Positions 12,485-24,677 of a stretch of 64,000 nucleotides of DNA are shown here, in pieces. The notes beneath the pieces were generated by a model that did not search any database, had not been told where the DNA came from, and was given only the letters and a program-made list of their open reading frames with translations. The DNA is from Octopus vulgaris (lineage: Eukaryota). The stretch lies in assembly GCA_951406725.2 (NCBI GenBank), contig OX597817.1, positions 160,022,001 through 160,086,000 on the forward strand, in the 5' to 3' direction. Within the stretch, counting starts at the first letter, position 1; the number at the start of each line of letters is the position of its first letter. A program made the position numbers and the translations under genes.

Positions 12485-13026
12485 GAGTGAGAGAACAGTG
12501 CATGCCATCAAAGTGGCATTATGGTAAAACATACGAAGCCCAGTAAACCCATCATGACTACCCGTCTGATAAGAGTACACCAAGCAGGTGCATCACACCC
12601 ATATGTGCGTGACATGGTGATCTCATATTAAGATAAACAGCACATGAACTTGCAGGTGGGGCCCAGCTAGAATATTGTTCTGGTTGAGTAGCCCATCCCG
12701 CTCAAAAGGTCCTTGTTTAAGGATTGTTTAAGGATGTTGAATGAACCACCCATGTTTCCAAAGGTGAATTATCCAAAACTCTAAGAATTCCTTTCAACAC
12801 GCAGCTATGATGCTCCCCCACTACTTCTGCTCATGATCAGAGATGCACTAAGGGACATGCTCAACTGGTTAAGGTCAAACAACTGACAAGCAAATCTGTG
12901 GTATTGAGCAGAATATTTGCTGTAGCCCATCTCTTATACCAAGACAGAACAATGTACATGATAGCACTTCCAAGCAGTTAAGATCAAAAGCCATGAGAGC
13001 CACTGTCTGGTACTGCATCAGGGCAT
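12485..13026 (-). mobile_element. ~550-bp non-coding (TAA)n-associated element
   Basis: Homologous end to end with 24676-25232. Flanked by (TTA)n. Partial copy at 13634-13780. Confidence 0.8.
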
Positions 13027-13052
13027 TTATTATTATTATTATTATTATTATT

Positions 13053-13585
13053 AAGGTGGTGAGCTAGCAGATTTCTTAACACATTCAACATTTCTTCTGA
13101 CTCATTACATTCTGAGTTCAGATTCTGCCAAGGGTGACTTAGCCTTTTATCCTTTTTGGGATCGATAAAAGAAGTACCATTTAAGTACTGGGGTTGATGT
13201 ATTCAACTCATCCTACCCCTCCCTCTCCAACATTGCTGGCCTTGAACCAAATTTTGAAATCATTATTATAATTATTGATGAGGTGAGGAACTGACAGAGT
13301 CATTAGTACGCTGGACAAAATGTCACTAAGCAGTCTGTCTGTCTTTATGTTCTGGGTTCAAATTCTGCTGTGGTTAACTTTGACTTTAATCCTTTTGGGG
13401 TCAATAAAATAAATACCAGTTGAATACTGGGATTGATATACTGAGGTTGACTTTACCTTTTATCCTTTTTGGGATCGATAAAATAAGTACCAGTTGAGTA
13501 TTGGTGTTGATGTATTTAATTCATTCCCTACCCCAATATGGCTGGCCTTGTGCCAAAATTTAAAACCATTATTATTATTATTATA

Positions 13586-13633
<48 letters not shown>

Positions 13634-13980
13634 GAGTGAGAGAGCAGTGCATGCCATTGAAGTGATGCTGGGGTAAAATATACGAAGCCCAGTATACCAA
13701 TCATGACTACTCGTTTGATAAGGGTATACTGTGCACATGCATCACAACCATATGTGCGCAACATGGTGATCTCATATCAGCATCATTACCATGCCAGGCA
13801 AAATGCTTAGCAACATTTTATCTGTCTCTATGTTCTGAGTTCAAATTCGGCTGAGGTCGACTTTACCTTTCATCCTTTCTGAAGTTCAATAAAATAAGTA
13901 CTAGTTAAGGACTGGGATCAATGTAATTAAGTTGCCTCTGCCCCAAAGTTTCAGGTCTTGTGCCTAATGTAGAAAAGATT
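13053..13980 (+). mobile_element. Cluster of degenerate family B (Nin-like) SINEs
   Basis: About four copies of GAGTTCAAATTC...CCTTT(C/T)ATCCTTTT...GATAAAATAAGTACCAG, partly separated by TTA tracts. Confidence 0.75.
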
Positions 13981-14413
13981 ATTATTATTGTAGTTGTTGT
14001 TGTTGTTCTTGCTATTGTTGTTGTAGTGCTAAATAAGTAAAAAGAAGTGGAAACACTACTAAATACATCCTTCACCCAGTGTCTTCAGCCGATCTGCTAA
14101 ATAAGCGCAAATTAGGAAGGTTACTTATTTCGTCTTTGTTCGTAGTATTCCAAGCAAATATATGGGAAATATATGAGGAAGAGATGGCAAGAATGTAAAT
14201 CACCAAGTTAAGAAAAACAAAAAATATAGTCACCAAAATAAACCCCAGAAACATAAAGAACTCAAAACGAAAACAAAAAAAACTCCAGAATTTTTTTTTT
14301 AACCATTTCTTCACAAGAACACAGTTTTAATGAAATGTAAATAATACCTATTTCTGTTATTGTTTATTGTTTTTTCTTTTCTTCTTCTTTTTCTTCAACC
14401 ACCAACTGAGCAG

Positions 14414-14473
14414 ATGACAAGAAAATAACAAAACTCTTTGGAAAAACCTACAAAGGAACCGAGTTTATTTCTG
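14414..14473 (+). CDS. Candidate 60-nt symmetric (phase 1) internal exon of an unknown host gene
   Basis: Polypyrimidine tract 14368-14397, GAG/CAG acceptor, donor CTG|GTAAGA. Open frame (x)DKKITKLFGKTYKGTEFIS(x). Lies in unique sequence. Protein not recognised. Confidence 0.35.
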
Positions 14474-16087
14474 GTAAGATTTCTTCATTTTCTGTTTAAA
14501 ATTACCTCCTATTCTTATTCTCTTTCTCTCATTCATGTTTGTTTATGTATGTAGTTTTACACACACACACAACACACACATACACACATACACATGTACA
14601 TACATATACATACATACATACATACATACATACATACATACATACATACTAAACTTAACTTACATACATACATACATACATACATACAGACAGACATACA
14701 TACATATATACATACATACATACATACATACATGCATGCATACATACATACATACATACATACATACATACATACATACATACATACATACATACATACA
14801 TACATACATACAGATAAACAGACAGACAGACTGAATTCATATTCATACCAATAACAATTGGAGCACTGGGTTTTGTTAGTAAATGCTTAAAGGAGAATCT
14901 GGATAAACTGAAATTTTCAGAAAGAGAAATCAACCACCTAATTTGTACATTACAAGTACAATCTGTGAGTGGAACAGTAAAAATATGCAAGACTTTCCTC
15001 AAGTTCCAAATGTGAATTTATCTGTGTTAACTACATCCCAAAGATTGAGCCTTGTATCTTTGTTGGAAACCAGCTCCCTCCTCTGTGGAAGATTTATAAT
15101 AATTAAAAAATAGAAGAGATATACATACATAGATACATATGTACACACACGCACACACACATAACAACATACATGTTTGTTTTTTTGTGTATGGCCTTGT
15201 GTATAAGAAGTTTATTTCTCTACTGTGTGCTTTTAGGTTTAGTCCCAACAGCACATTGGGCAAGAGTCTTCTATTAGAACTCTTGGTTTTGCACTTGAAT
15301 TTACCTGATAAAAACAAGCCCAGTGTACTTGCCACCAATGTGTATTTTTATAGGCATATGCATGACAGCATGGCTAAGAAGCTCACATTGCAACCACAAG
15401 ATTCTGGGTTCAGCTCCACTGTGTGACACTTTGGGCAAGTATCTTCTATTATAGCCACAGGTCAGCCAATGGTTTTAATAGACAGAAACTTTCCAGAAAT
15501 CTATCATGTATATGTGTGTGAGTTTTTCTGTTGGGTTGCTTGTATCACCCTGTAACTTAGCAGTTCAATGAAAAACACTGATAGAATAAATGCCAAACTT
15601 AAAGAACTCGTACTGGAGTTGATTTGTTTGACTAAATCCTTCAAAGTGGCACTTTGGCATGGCTACAGTCCAATGATTGGAAAAGTAACAACAACAAAAA
15701 AAAAAAGGAAAGCTCTAGTTAATTAAATAATTATGGAATATTCTCTGTGAAAATACTTCATTCAAACTAATTAAGATATGCCCTATAAAGTTGTTCTGTG
15801 TCTATTTCCCACACAAAAACAGACACACTCTTGCATATAAATTTCTGATAGGAATAAATATTTTGAAGGTATAAGAAGAATATTTCTCCATGCAAAAGTT
15901 AAACAAAGGGCTCAATGAAATACAAAAAAAAAAAATCACAGAGTATGGCATGGCTGTGTGGTTAAGAAGCTCCCTTTGCAAACCATGTGGTTTCATGTTC
16001 AGTTTTCCTGCAAGGCACCTTGAGCAAATGTTTTCTTCTTTAGCTCCAGGCCAGCTAATGTCTACTGAATGAATGTGGTGTGTAATA

Positions 16088-17378
16088 TCAGGTCATCCCA
16101 TAAGTTCTGTCTGATTTTACCTTTTTTTTTAAAATTGGATGAAATCTAATAGTATTTTAGAATGTCTGATGGAATTAAAATTATTTTTATGTATTTGTGT
16201 ACATTTAAACTAATTAAATATTATTTTACAGAATAATAGAATTAAAATTTCTTTGATTAAAACCCTTACTAACATGGAAGTATCCAAAGAGCATTTAAGG
16301 CACATAATGCTTTTTGGGTACAAAAAAGGAAACTCTGCAGCCGAAGCGACTCAAAACATACACTCAGTTTATGGGAAAGAATGCTTGAATGAAAGAACTT
16401 GCAGAAGATGGTTTGCAAAATTCAGAAGTGGAGATTTCAGCCTTGAAGATGAAGATTGAACAGGACGTCCTGTTGAGTTTGATGATAAGCTCCTTGAGGC
16501 ATTACTTGAAGAAAATCCTGTGTTATCAGTTGAAGAATTGGCAATAAAGCTTAGTTCAAACCATACAACTGTTTATCGTCATCTTCAACAACTTAGAAAG
16601 GTTCCTAAGCTTGGAAAATGGGTGCCTTGTGAATTGTCCGCAAACAACCGCAAATACCAAGTTGACATCTGCTCTTCTCTCCATTCTCGGAAACTCATTT
16701 CACCCTTTTAGGATAGATTTGTGACTGGTGATGAAAAATGGAGCTTCTATCGAAATATTAAATGTTGAAAATAGTGGCTTGGTAAAAGGGAAAAGGCTCA
16801 ACCACAACCAAGAAGGTAACTTCATGGAAAAAAGGTTCTTCTCTTTATCTGGTGGGATTGCAAAGGAGTAATTCACTTTGAATTGTAACCACTTAAAGAA
16901 ACAATCAATGCTCAAGTCTACTGTCAGCAATTAAAGTGTTTGAACCAAGCTTTGAAGAAAAAAAAGACCCACTTTAGTGAATCGAAAAGGAGTGATGTTT
17001 CATCAGGACAATGCACGACCCCATACTGCAAAGATCACATCACAGAAGATCGAAGAGCTTGGTTGGAAAAAAATTTCTCATCCACCTTATTCTTCCAACC
17101 TTGCTCCTTCAGACTACCATTTGTTTCATAGTTTACAGAATCATTTGAGGGACATAACTTTTGCAAGCCAGGAGGAGGTCAAAACTGACATTTCAGAGTT
17201 CTTCACTTTGAAACGAAATGAGTTTCAAATTGGTGGGATTAAAAATCTTGTAAATAGATGGAAGGAAGTCATAGATAATCAGGAAAAGTACATTGATGAT
17301 TAAATTTCAATTAAATATAACATTTGATTACTTGTTTTCTTTATTCAAAATTCGGACAGAACTTATGGGATGACTTGA
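16088..17378 (+). mobile_element. Full-length mariner DNA transposon (1291 bp), mellifera-like
   Basis: ~30-bp TIRs TCAGGTCATCCCATAAGTTCTGTCTGA / TCGGACAGAACTTATGGGATGACTTGA. TA target duplication at 16086-87 and 17379-80. Confidence 0.97.
16274..17303 (+). pseudogene. Disrupted mariner D,D34D transposase
   Basis: MEVSKEHLRHIMLF...WFAKFRSGDFSLED, WVPCEL (WVPHEL motif), VTGDEKW, HQDNARPH, YSSNLAPSDYHLF. Several in-frame stops and frameshifts. Confidence 0.95.
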
Positions 17379-18115
17379 TATATTGCTAGAAAAATTCCTT
17401 TTAATAACTGAATAATTAAGCACCACCCAAATAAAGAACCAAAATGCCATCAAATTAATTTACAAGATGGTAGAAACCTTTGTACATACCTGCATGTATT
17501 TGTTTTTGTATTTTTCCCACTACCATCTCTTGACAACTGGTATTAGTTTGTTTACATCCTTATAACACATTGGCAAAAGAAACCAATAGAATGAGTATCA
17601 TGTCACTATTGGAGTTGATTTGCTTGACTAAACAGTGCAAAGTGATGCCCCAATATGGCTGTGATCAAATGACTAAAACAAGTCATAGATGAAATATATA
17701 GAAGCAGATTTAATAGATATGTACATGGAAAATAAATCAAGAAACATACATTAAATTAGACGTTCATATTTCATATATCTTTGCCATAAACATGAAATGT
17801 CTATATAAAATTATATCACAAAAGACTTAATGGTCCTTCTCAAGCTTTAAGCTCATAAAGCCAGTTTCCTAGGTTCTTGGCAAATGTACTCTGCCCCAGA
17901 TGGAACTCCAGTCTGTTGTAGCAATAAAATTATATAGCTATACATACACACACACACACACACATGCACACACACAATCATCAAATGGTGAGAGATAGTA
18001 GTTTTATACACACATAGATCATCACAATTTTTTATATCAGTCAGAAATTACTAAGTTTAGCCAAAAATTTAAGAAACTCTCATGAGGTCTCTCTAATTTC
18101 CTTTAACACTTGCCA

Positions 18116-18483
18116 TTATTACCTCTGCCTTAGTGAAGACAGAGGTGTTGTTTTCAGTTGTGTTTGTTTGTTTGTTTGTCCATGGACAAGATGTCTCAAG
18201 AACTGCTGGGTGGATTTACTTGAAAGATTCAGGGATCTTTGGCCTTGTGACTGGCGTGAATTGATTAGATTTTGGGATCGATCCGGCACCAAACAAGGGT
18301 TCTGGATTCTTTTTCCTGAGTTTTAACTTAATTTTCAAGAGCAGTTCATTTTTAGTATTCTCGTTTGTGAGAGCAGTCAAGTTTATTTCAGATATTCTCA
18401 CTTTAAAGATCATCTTCGGCTAATCATTGAAAGGACATTGGTGGTGCCTTGGTGGAGGTTTGCACTCTCTGAGTGCTCTTGTT
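18116..18483 (+). mobile_element. Non-autonomous Helentron-like (DINE-1/HINE-type) element
   Basis: 5' subterminal repeat ACCTCTGCC with nearby inverted partner GACAGAGGT. Internal (GTTT)n. 3' GGTGGAGGT followed by hairpin GCACTC-TCT-GAGTGC. T-rich ends. Confidence 0.75.
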
Positions 18484-18529
18484 TATTTTGGGTTTTTTAT
18501 ATATTTATACATGCATTTTTACTTTTTCT

Positions 18530-18827
18530 GGCTTTTACTGGTTTCGGTCATTTGACCGAGGCCATGCTGGGGCTCCACTTTGAAGGGTTTAGAAAAACAA
18601 ATCAACTCAAGTACTTATGTTGTTCTTTAAGCCAAGTACTTATGATATAGTTAGTTCTCTTTTGCCAAGTCATTATTACATGGACATAAACAAACTAACA
18701 ATGGTTGCCAAGCAGTGATGGAAGACAAACACAAAAACAAACATACACATGCTTGCGTACACACATACACACACACACATGCATGCACACACGTGCACAC
18801 ACATATACACACATGTGCATGTGCACA

Positions 18828-18867
<40 letters not shown>

Positions 18868-19022
18868 ACTGATTCCTTTCAATTCTTGTCTTCCAAATTC
18901 ACTGACAAGGCTTTAATCAACCCAAGGTTACAGTAGAAGATACTTGTCTAAGGTACCACACAGTGGAACTGAACCCCAAACTATGTGGTTGGGAAACAAA
19001 ATTTTTCCCACACAGCCATGCT
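18530..19022 (-). mobile_element. SINE family A (degenerate)
   Basis: Family A tail and head motifs on the minus strand, with internal (CA)n. Confidence 0.8.
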
Positions 19023-19366
19023 GTTCAATTTTTTTATTATATTTACTTTGAAAATTTATTATATACTAATTTACTTGTATAGTTATTAAGGAAATATTTG
19101 CATATTTAAAAACTTTCTTTTCGGTTTTAATTCAGTCTTTGGAATAATTTAGTGAGCAAAACAACAAGCACAACAAGCATAAGCTATTGTTTTGCTTACA
19201 GTCTTATCATTTGTTTTCCTCTTGTTGTGAGAGATGAATATCGATGAATGATGTTGGCGTGACAGAACACAGAAAACAGAACACGGAGACTGAGATGAAT
19301 AAAATAGCCATTTCTTTTGAGCTCTTAATACCATAGTATTACTGTATATTTATTTGTGCATGTGTT

Positions 19367-19405
<39 letters not shown>

Positions 19406-19599
19406 TATACGTGTGTGTGTGTGTGTTTGTACATGGTTAGAAAGTCTGCTTTCCAAGTATGTGATTTGAGGTTCAATACCACTGTGAGGCACCTTGAGGA
19501 TGTACCTTCTATTATAGCCCTAAGCCAAACAAAGCTTTGTGAGTGGATGTGGTTGAGGAAAAATGAAAACAGCCAGTCATATATATATATATATATATA

Positions 19600-19800
19600 T
19601 AAAGGGAAAGTTTACGAAAATAAACAAAAGACGAAGGCAGGTAGTGTACAAACAAACAAATGTATTAGTATAGCGCTCAGGAATAGAAAAAGTCTTTTAC
19701 ATTTCGAGCCTACGCTCTTCGACAGAAAGATACACAGAAAAAAACAAGGAGAGAAACAAGGAGAGAAAAAAAATATGTGTAGTAGCTAAAAATCTATCAC
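19600..19800 (-). mobile_element. Short repeat with a variant hammerhead-like motif (second family)
   Basis: Minus strand TCTTT-CTGTCGA-A-GAGC-GTAG-GCTC-GAAATGTA-AAAGA. Homolog at 45200-45372 (+). Sits in (TA)n context. Confidence 0.55.
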
Positions 19801-19802
19801 AT

Positions 19803-19869
<67 letters not shown>

Positions 19870-19876
<7 letters not shown>

Positions 19877-20064
19877 ACCGCATGTGTATTGTTGGCGATT
19901 TTTTTTCCTCCGTCTTACTTCCTTGGATCTTTCCTTTTCTTATGTTTCTGATGAAGAGCTCTGCTCAAAACATTAAATCCTCCTTCTTTCTTTCCTTTCC
20001 TGAGCATCCAATTACACTATACTTGTTCCACGTCCTCACGTTATGTTTTCATGTTTGGATTAAC

Positions 20065-20065
<1 letters not shown>
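19870..20065 (+). mobile_element. Second copy of the 4680-4958 Penelope-like repeat
   Basis: Shared ATGTGACCG...CTGATGAAGAGCTCTGCTC...ACACTATACTTGTTCCACGTCCTCACG. Confidence 0.6.
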
Positions 20066-20095
<30 letters not shown>

Positions 20096-22949
20096 TTATA
20101 TATATATATACACACACACACACACATATGAACCTCTGTTGATTCACCAGATGTGATAAATTAAAGGACTCAATACAAATGTAAAGTATTCTTTAATACA
20201 TTATATCTGAAAGACTACAATTTTCAGCGCTCAAAGTAGCTCATTTGCAATCATCAGTTGGTAATCTGACACTGATTTTCTTTTGAAATACTCTCTGTTT
20301 GAATATTTTTTGGAATATGAAATGAAAGTTTGGAGAAAATGCTTACCCTTATGTCATTCTGTTTAAAAACCTTTATGAACGATACATGCAAAATGGCTGC
20401 TTCAAGCTCACACTTTTGGTTTCATTTTTGGCTCTCATGGTAATATTATTATAAACGTCTTAAACAGTGTATCGTTGTATTGACTAGACTATTGGATGTT
20501 ATTATTTACCGCTTGTTACAATGCACCTCATTGCATAGCTTTTGAAAGATACTACCCTAACAGCTAGGGAGATTGGCCAACATAACCCACTACACAGGAC
20601 ATCAGTCTGTCACAGGAATAGCCATTTACATCCATATATATGTTCATATATATATATAAACATGTGTGTATGTGTGATTGTATATAAGCTTGCATGTGCT
20701 TGTGTATGTCTGTTTTAGTCTCCTTATCTTGTCATAGCAGGATAATTGTAAGTGAGTATACATACAGTGTCATTTCTAATTTTCCATGAAAACATGGATG
20801 GCTGTAGGGAAATAATATTTTGCTTGGAAATTGGTGAGGGTTAGTGACAAAAAATGTCATTAGGCCATAGAAATCTGCTTCATCTAATTCTGCCTGGCCT
20901 ATAAAAGCATAGAAAGGTGGACATTAAAACGATGATGGCAAAGATGTTCCCTGGAGTCACTTCCTCTTCTCATTCGCAATATTATCTGTTCAAATTTTAT
21001 TATCCACTGTTCATTGATTTTTGTGTCACCAGTTATCTCTTCCTTTCACATCAGCTACATTTTACGGCTGCTACATCTCATTCTTGACACCCTCTCATAC
21101 CCCGCCATCATTCTTAACTCACATTGACTTCACCCCTAGTCTTTGTTCACCACTCACTATATCCATCCCTATGTGCCTCTAATTTCCATCCCTGTCCTTG
21201 TACATCTCTCTCTCTCTTTCTCTCCCTCTCCCTTCCCCTCTCTCTTTCTCTCTCTCCCCCTCCCACCTCTCCTTCCACACTCCTCCATTACCTAACCACT
21301 TCACACTTTGGCTCTCAATTTCCCCTGTCCCTCATCCATCTACAGCTTTATTATACTGCTCCTCTCCACCCTTTCTCTACTATCAACTCTTCATTTCTTT
21401 CTGAGCCTTTCCTATTTCTTTCATTTTCCCCCCTCAAACTCCTATTTACCATTAACCATGCCTCCATTCTTATTCACCATTCACAACATTCACCTTTTCC
21501 TCCAACTTTAGCCATCTGTCACTTGTCTCTGACACAAATGCAAACTTACCTACCGGCCCTTCCCAATTCTCTGTCTTTATTATCTCTTCTATTCACCTTA
21601 TACTGCATTGGTATGCCCTAACACCTTGTTGCTACTATCTTTATCTCTCTTCCCAGCAACTCCCACCAACCCTTATATAATGTCGGGGGGGGGGGGGTAG
21701 CCATGTATCTCTTCTACAACAAAACACCTATTTCTATCCCTCTATCTTATTTAGACACTCAACTCCTGGCATAAAGATATCTCCATCTCTACTACATCTC
21801 CACTTGATAAAGGGGATATTTTTTGTCTTCTGTGTCACTTGGTGACCTCACTAGTGCTGGTGCAACATAAAAAGATCCCAGTACATTCTGAAAAGTGATA
21901 AGCAATAAGAAGGGTATCCAGCCGTAGAAATCATATGCTAAATTAGACATATGAGGTTAATGCAATTCTGTGGCTTGTGGGATCCTTGAATTCTCTAACC
22001 TATGCTATCATGGAAGGCTAATGTTAGATAATAACAATGAGGATGGCGATGATGATGATCACAATGATGAACATGATGATGATGATCATCATGATGATCA
22101 TGATGATGTGTAACGATGATGATGGTGATGATAATGATGATATATTTCAAATAAATATTTTATGCACAAACAGCATGTGTTGGAATATCTAAGATAAATT
22201 TAATTTAGTCAGCTTGCAGTTTATAACATTTTACACAGTGGAAGGTAAACAAATGTAAATAAATCTCATTTTCTCCATACACAGGAGTGTTTTATAAACT
22301 GTAGGCTAATCACATTAAATCTATCCTATACTGTATGTGTATGCATGTGGTGTATACATATATACATACATACATACATACATGCATACATGTATGCATA
22401 CATGCATATATACATGCATACATACATGCATACATACATACATACATACATACATAAATATATACATACATACATACATACATACATACATACATACATA
22501 CATACATACATACATACATACATAAATACATACATGTGTGTGTGTGTGTACTTTATATCTGTGCACACATATATACTCTTATCCACATATACAGCTATTG
22601 AATTAGTTTGTTGCTAGCTGCAGTACGTCTCCATCGCAAAGGTCTTGTCAAGCAAATGGTAAATTATTACAAGGATAAGTTAAAGAATATAACTTTATTG
22701 ATGGAAAATTTCTGAGGTTGAATTAGAAAAGGAAAAAAGAAAAGGAAAGAATAGGAAAAAGAAGGTAAAAGAGGAAAAGAAAATAAAGAGTGAGAGAGAG
22801 AGAGAAAACAATTAATTCCTAATATGGTTTTTCTCCTACAATAATTTTGATGAAATTTTAACAGGTTTTGTTGTAAAAGGAGTATGGGTGTGTAAAGAGA
22901 AGGGTGAAGGGGAATGGGAAAGGAAAGAAGGTAAACGAAAATTATCATC

Positions 22950-23442
22950 ATCGCACTATCCGACTTGTGGCCGATGCCAGCGCCGCCTCCACTGGCTTCC
23001 GTGCCGGTGGCACGTAAAATACACCAATCTGACCGTACAACAGGCACCCATGCCAACCCCCTTGCTTGCGAAGACATGTTGGGGCAAGCAAAATTGAAAT
23101 CGAATTGAACCAGCCAGTCCCTGGTCTGGTGGTACGTAAAAAGCACCATCCGACACGTGGCCGATGCCAGCACCGCCTCGTCTGGCTTCCGTGCCGGTGG
23201 CACATAAAATACACCAATCCGACCGTGGCCGTTGCCAGCCTCGCCTGGCACCTGTGCAGGTGGCACGTAAAAAGCACTCACTATACTCACGGAGTGGTTG
23301 GCGTTAGGAAGGGCATCCAGCTGTAGAAACACTGCCAGATAAGACTGGAGCCTGGTGCAGCCTTCTGGCTTCCCAGATCCCCGGTCGAACCATCCAACCC
23401 ATGCTAGCATGGAGAACAGACGTTAAACGATGATGATGATGA
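22950..23442 (+). mobile_element. Family E element with diverged ~62-bp 5' modules
   Basis: GTGCCGGTGGCACGTAAAA modules, family E body, (GAT)n tail. Abuts an inverted degenerate copy at 23443-23600. Confidence 0.85.
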
Positions 23443-23628
23443 TCATCATCATCATTCTTTAACATCCGTTTTCCATGCTGGCATAGGTTGCATGGCTGGC
23501 AAGCTGGAGAGCCACACCAGGCTCCAGTCTTGGTTTTTATTGCTGGATGTCCTTCCTAACACCAACCCAGAGTGTGCTGGTTGCTTTTTTATGTGACATT
23601 GGAACAAGTGCTTTTTACAAAGTTCGGC

Positions 23629-23673
<45 letters not shown>

Positions 23674-23691
23674 CATAATATGTGATCATAA

Positions 23692-24118
23692 TGTGATCAT
23701 AATATCTCAGCAAAAGAGTTTGACAAGCTCAAAAAATATAAAGACCTACTCATTGAAATTGAGAAAATGTGGCAGCTCAAGGCGGTTACAATACCAGTGA
23801 TCGTAGGAGCACTAGGAATGATCAAGAAGGGAACCGAAAATTATATGAGAATGATCCCTGGCTTACCATCCCTGCAAGAAGTGCAAAAGATTGTCTTAAC
23901 TGGTACATCACACGTATTGAGAAGAGCATTGTCGATGTGAGAACTGTTGCTGCTCATGTATTTTAATTAAACTTAAAAAAAAAAAAAAAAATGAACGAAC
24001 TATTGAGTTTGGTTTAATGGCCTACCAATGTATACTATGAGTTTCTTTGCCCTAGGAGTCGGGAAGACACTCGGCAAGAAATGGAAGCAAATTTGAAAGA
24101 AGAAAAAAAAAAGTAACA
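23692..24118 (+). mobile_element. Dong/R4-clade LINE 3' end (restriction-like endonuclease C-terminus plus 3' UTR)
   Basis: Uninterrupted frame 23692-23940: CDHNISAKEFDKLKKYKDLLIEIEKMWQLKAVTIPVIVGALGMIKKG...VQKIVLTGTSHVLRRALSM*. Has the K..KY.DL and IPVIVGALG motifs of R4/Dong. Flanked by (TAA)n. Confidence 0.88.
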
Positions 24119-24134
24119 ATAATAATAATCATGC

Positions 24135-24468
24135 TGAGACCCCCTTTGGTCATGACACTGACCATAGGATTGCACCTAGAAAGTTGCCCTACCAGGCACA
24201 AGTCCGGGCAAGGTTGTTTATGGAAGACCAGCAGTCGCCCACGCATACCAGCCTCCCCTCTCCATGCCACCAGTGTTATCCAGGTGAAAGGCAAAGGTCG
24301 ATGCAGCTTGGCACCAGTGACGTCGCAGCTCATTTCTACAGCTGAGTGAACTGGAGCAACGTGAAATAAAGTGCCTTGCTCAAGAACACAACACGCAATC
24401 CGATCCTAGATTCGAGGTCACAACCTCACAATCGTAAGCTCAACACTCTAACCACTGAGCCATGCACC

Positions 24469-24469
<1 letters not shown>
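24135..24469 (-). mobile_element. tRNA-head SINE family C
   Basis: Minus strand GGTGCATGGCTCAGTGGTTAGAG...TCGAATC...GTGTTCTTGAGCAAGGCACTTT. Homolog at 31015-31342. Confidence 0.85.
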
Positions 24470-24503
<34 letters not shown>

Positions 24504-24510
<7 letters not shown>

Positions 24511-24643
24511 TTAAAAAATGAACGAACTATTGAGTTTGGTTTAATGGCCTACCAAAGTATACTATGAGTTTCTTTGCCCTAGGGGTCGGGAAGACACTCG
24601 GCAAGAAATGGAAGCAAATTTGAAAGAAGAAGAAAAAAAAAAA

Positions 24644-24645
<2 letters not shown>
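24504..24645 (+). mobile_element. Dong/R4-clade 3' UTR-only copy
   Basis: Near-identical to 23985-24112. (TAA)n on both sides. Confidence 0.85.

Positions 24646-24675
<30 letters not shown>

Positions 24676-24677
<2 letters not shown>

Noticed and set aside
20205-20262. Minus-strand CTGATGA...GAAA...GTC motif
   Set aside because: Core words are present but stem I and II pairing is poor, so it is not supportable from one copy.
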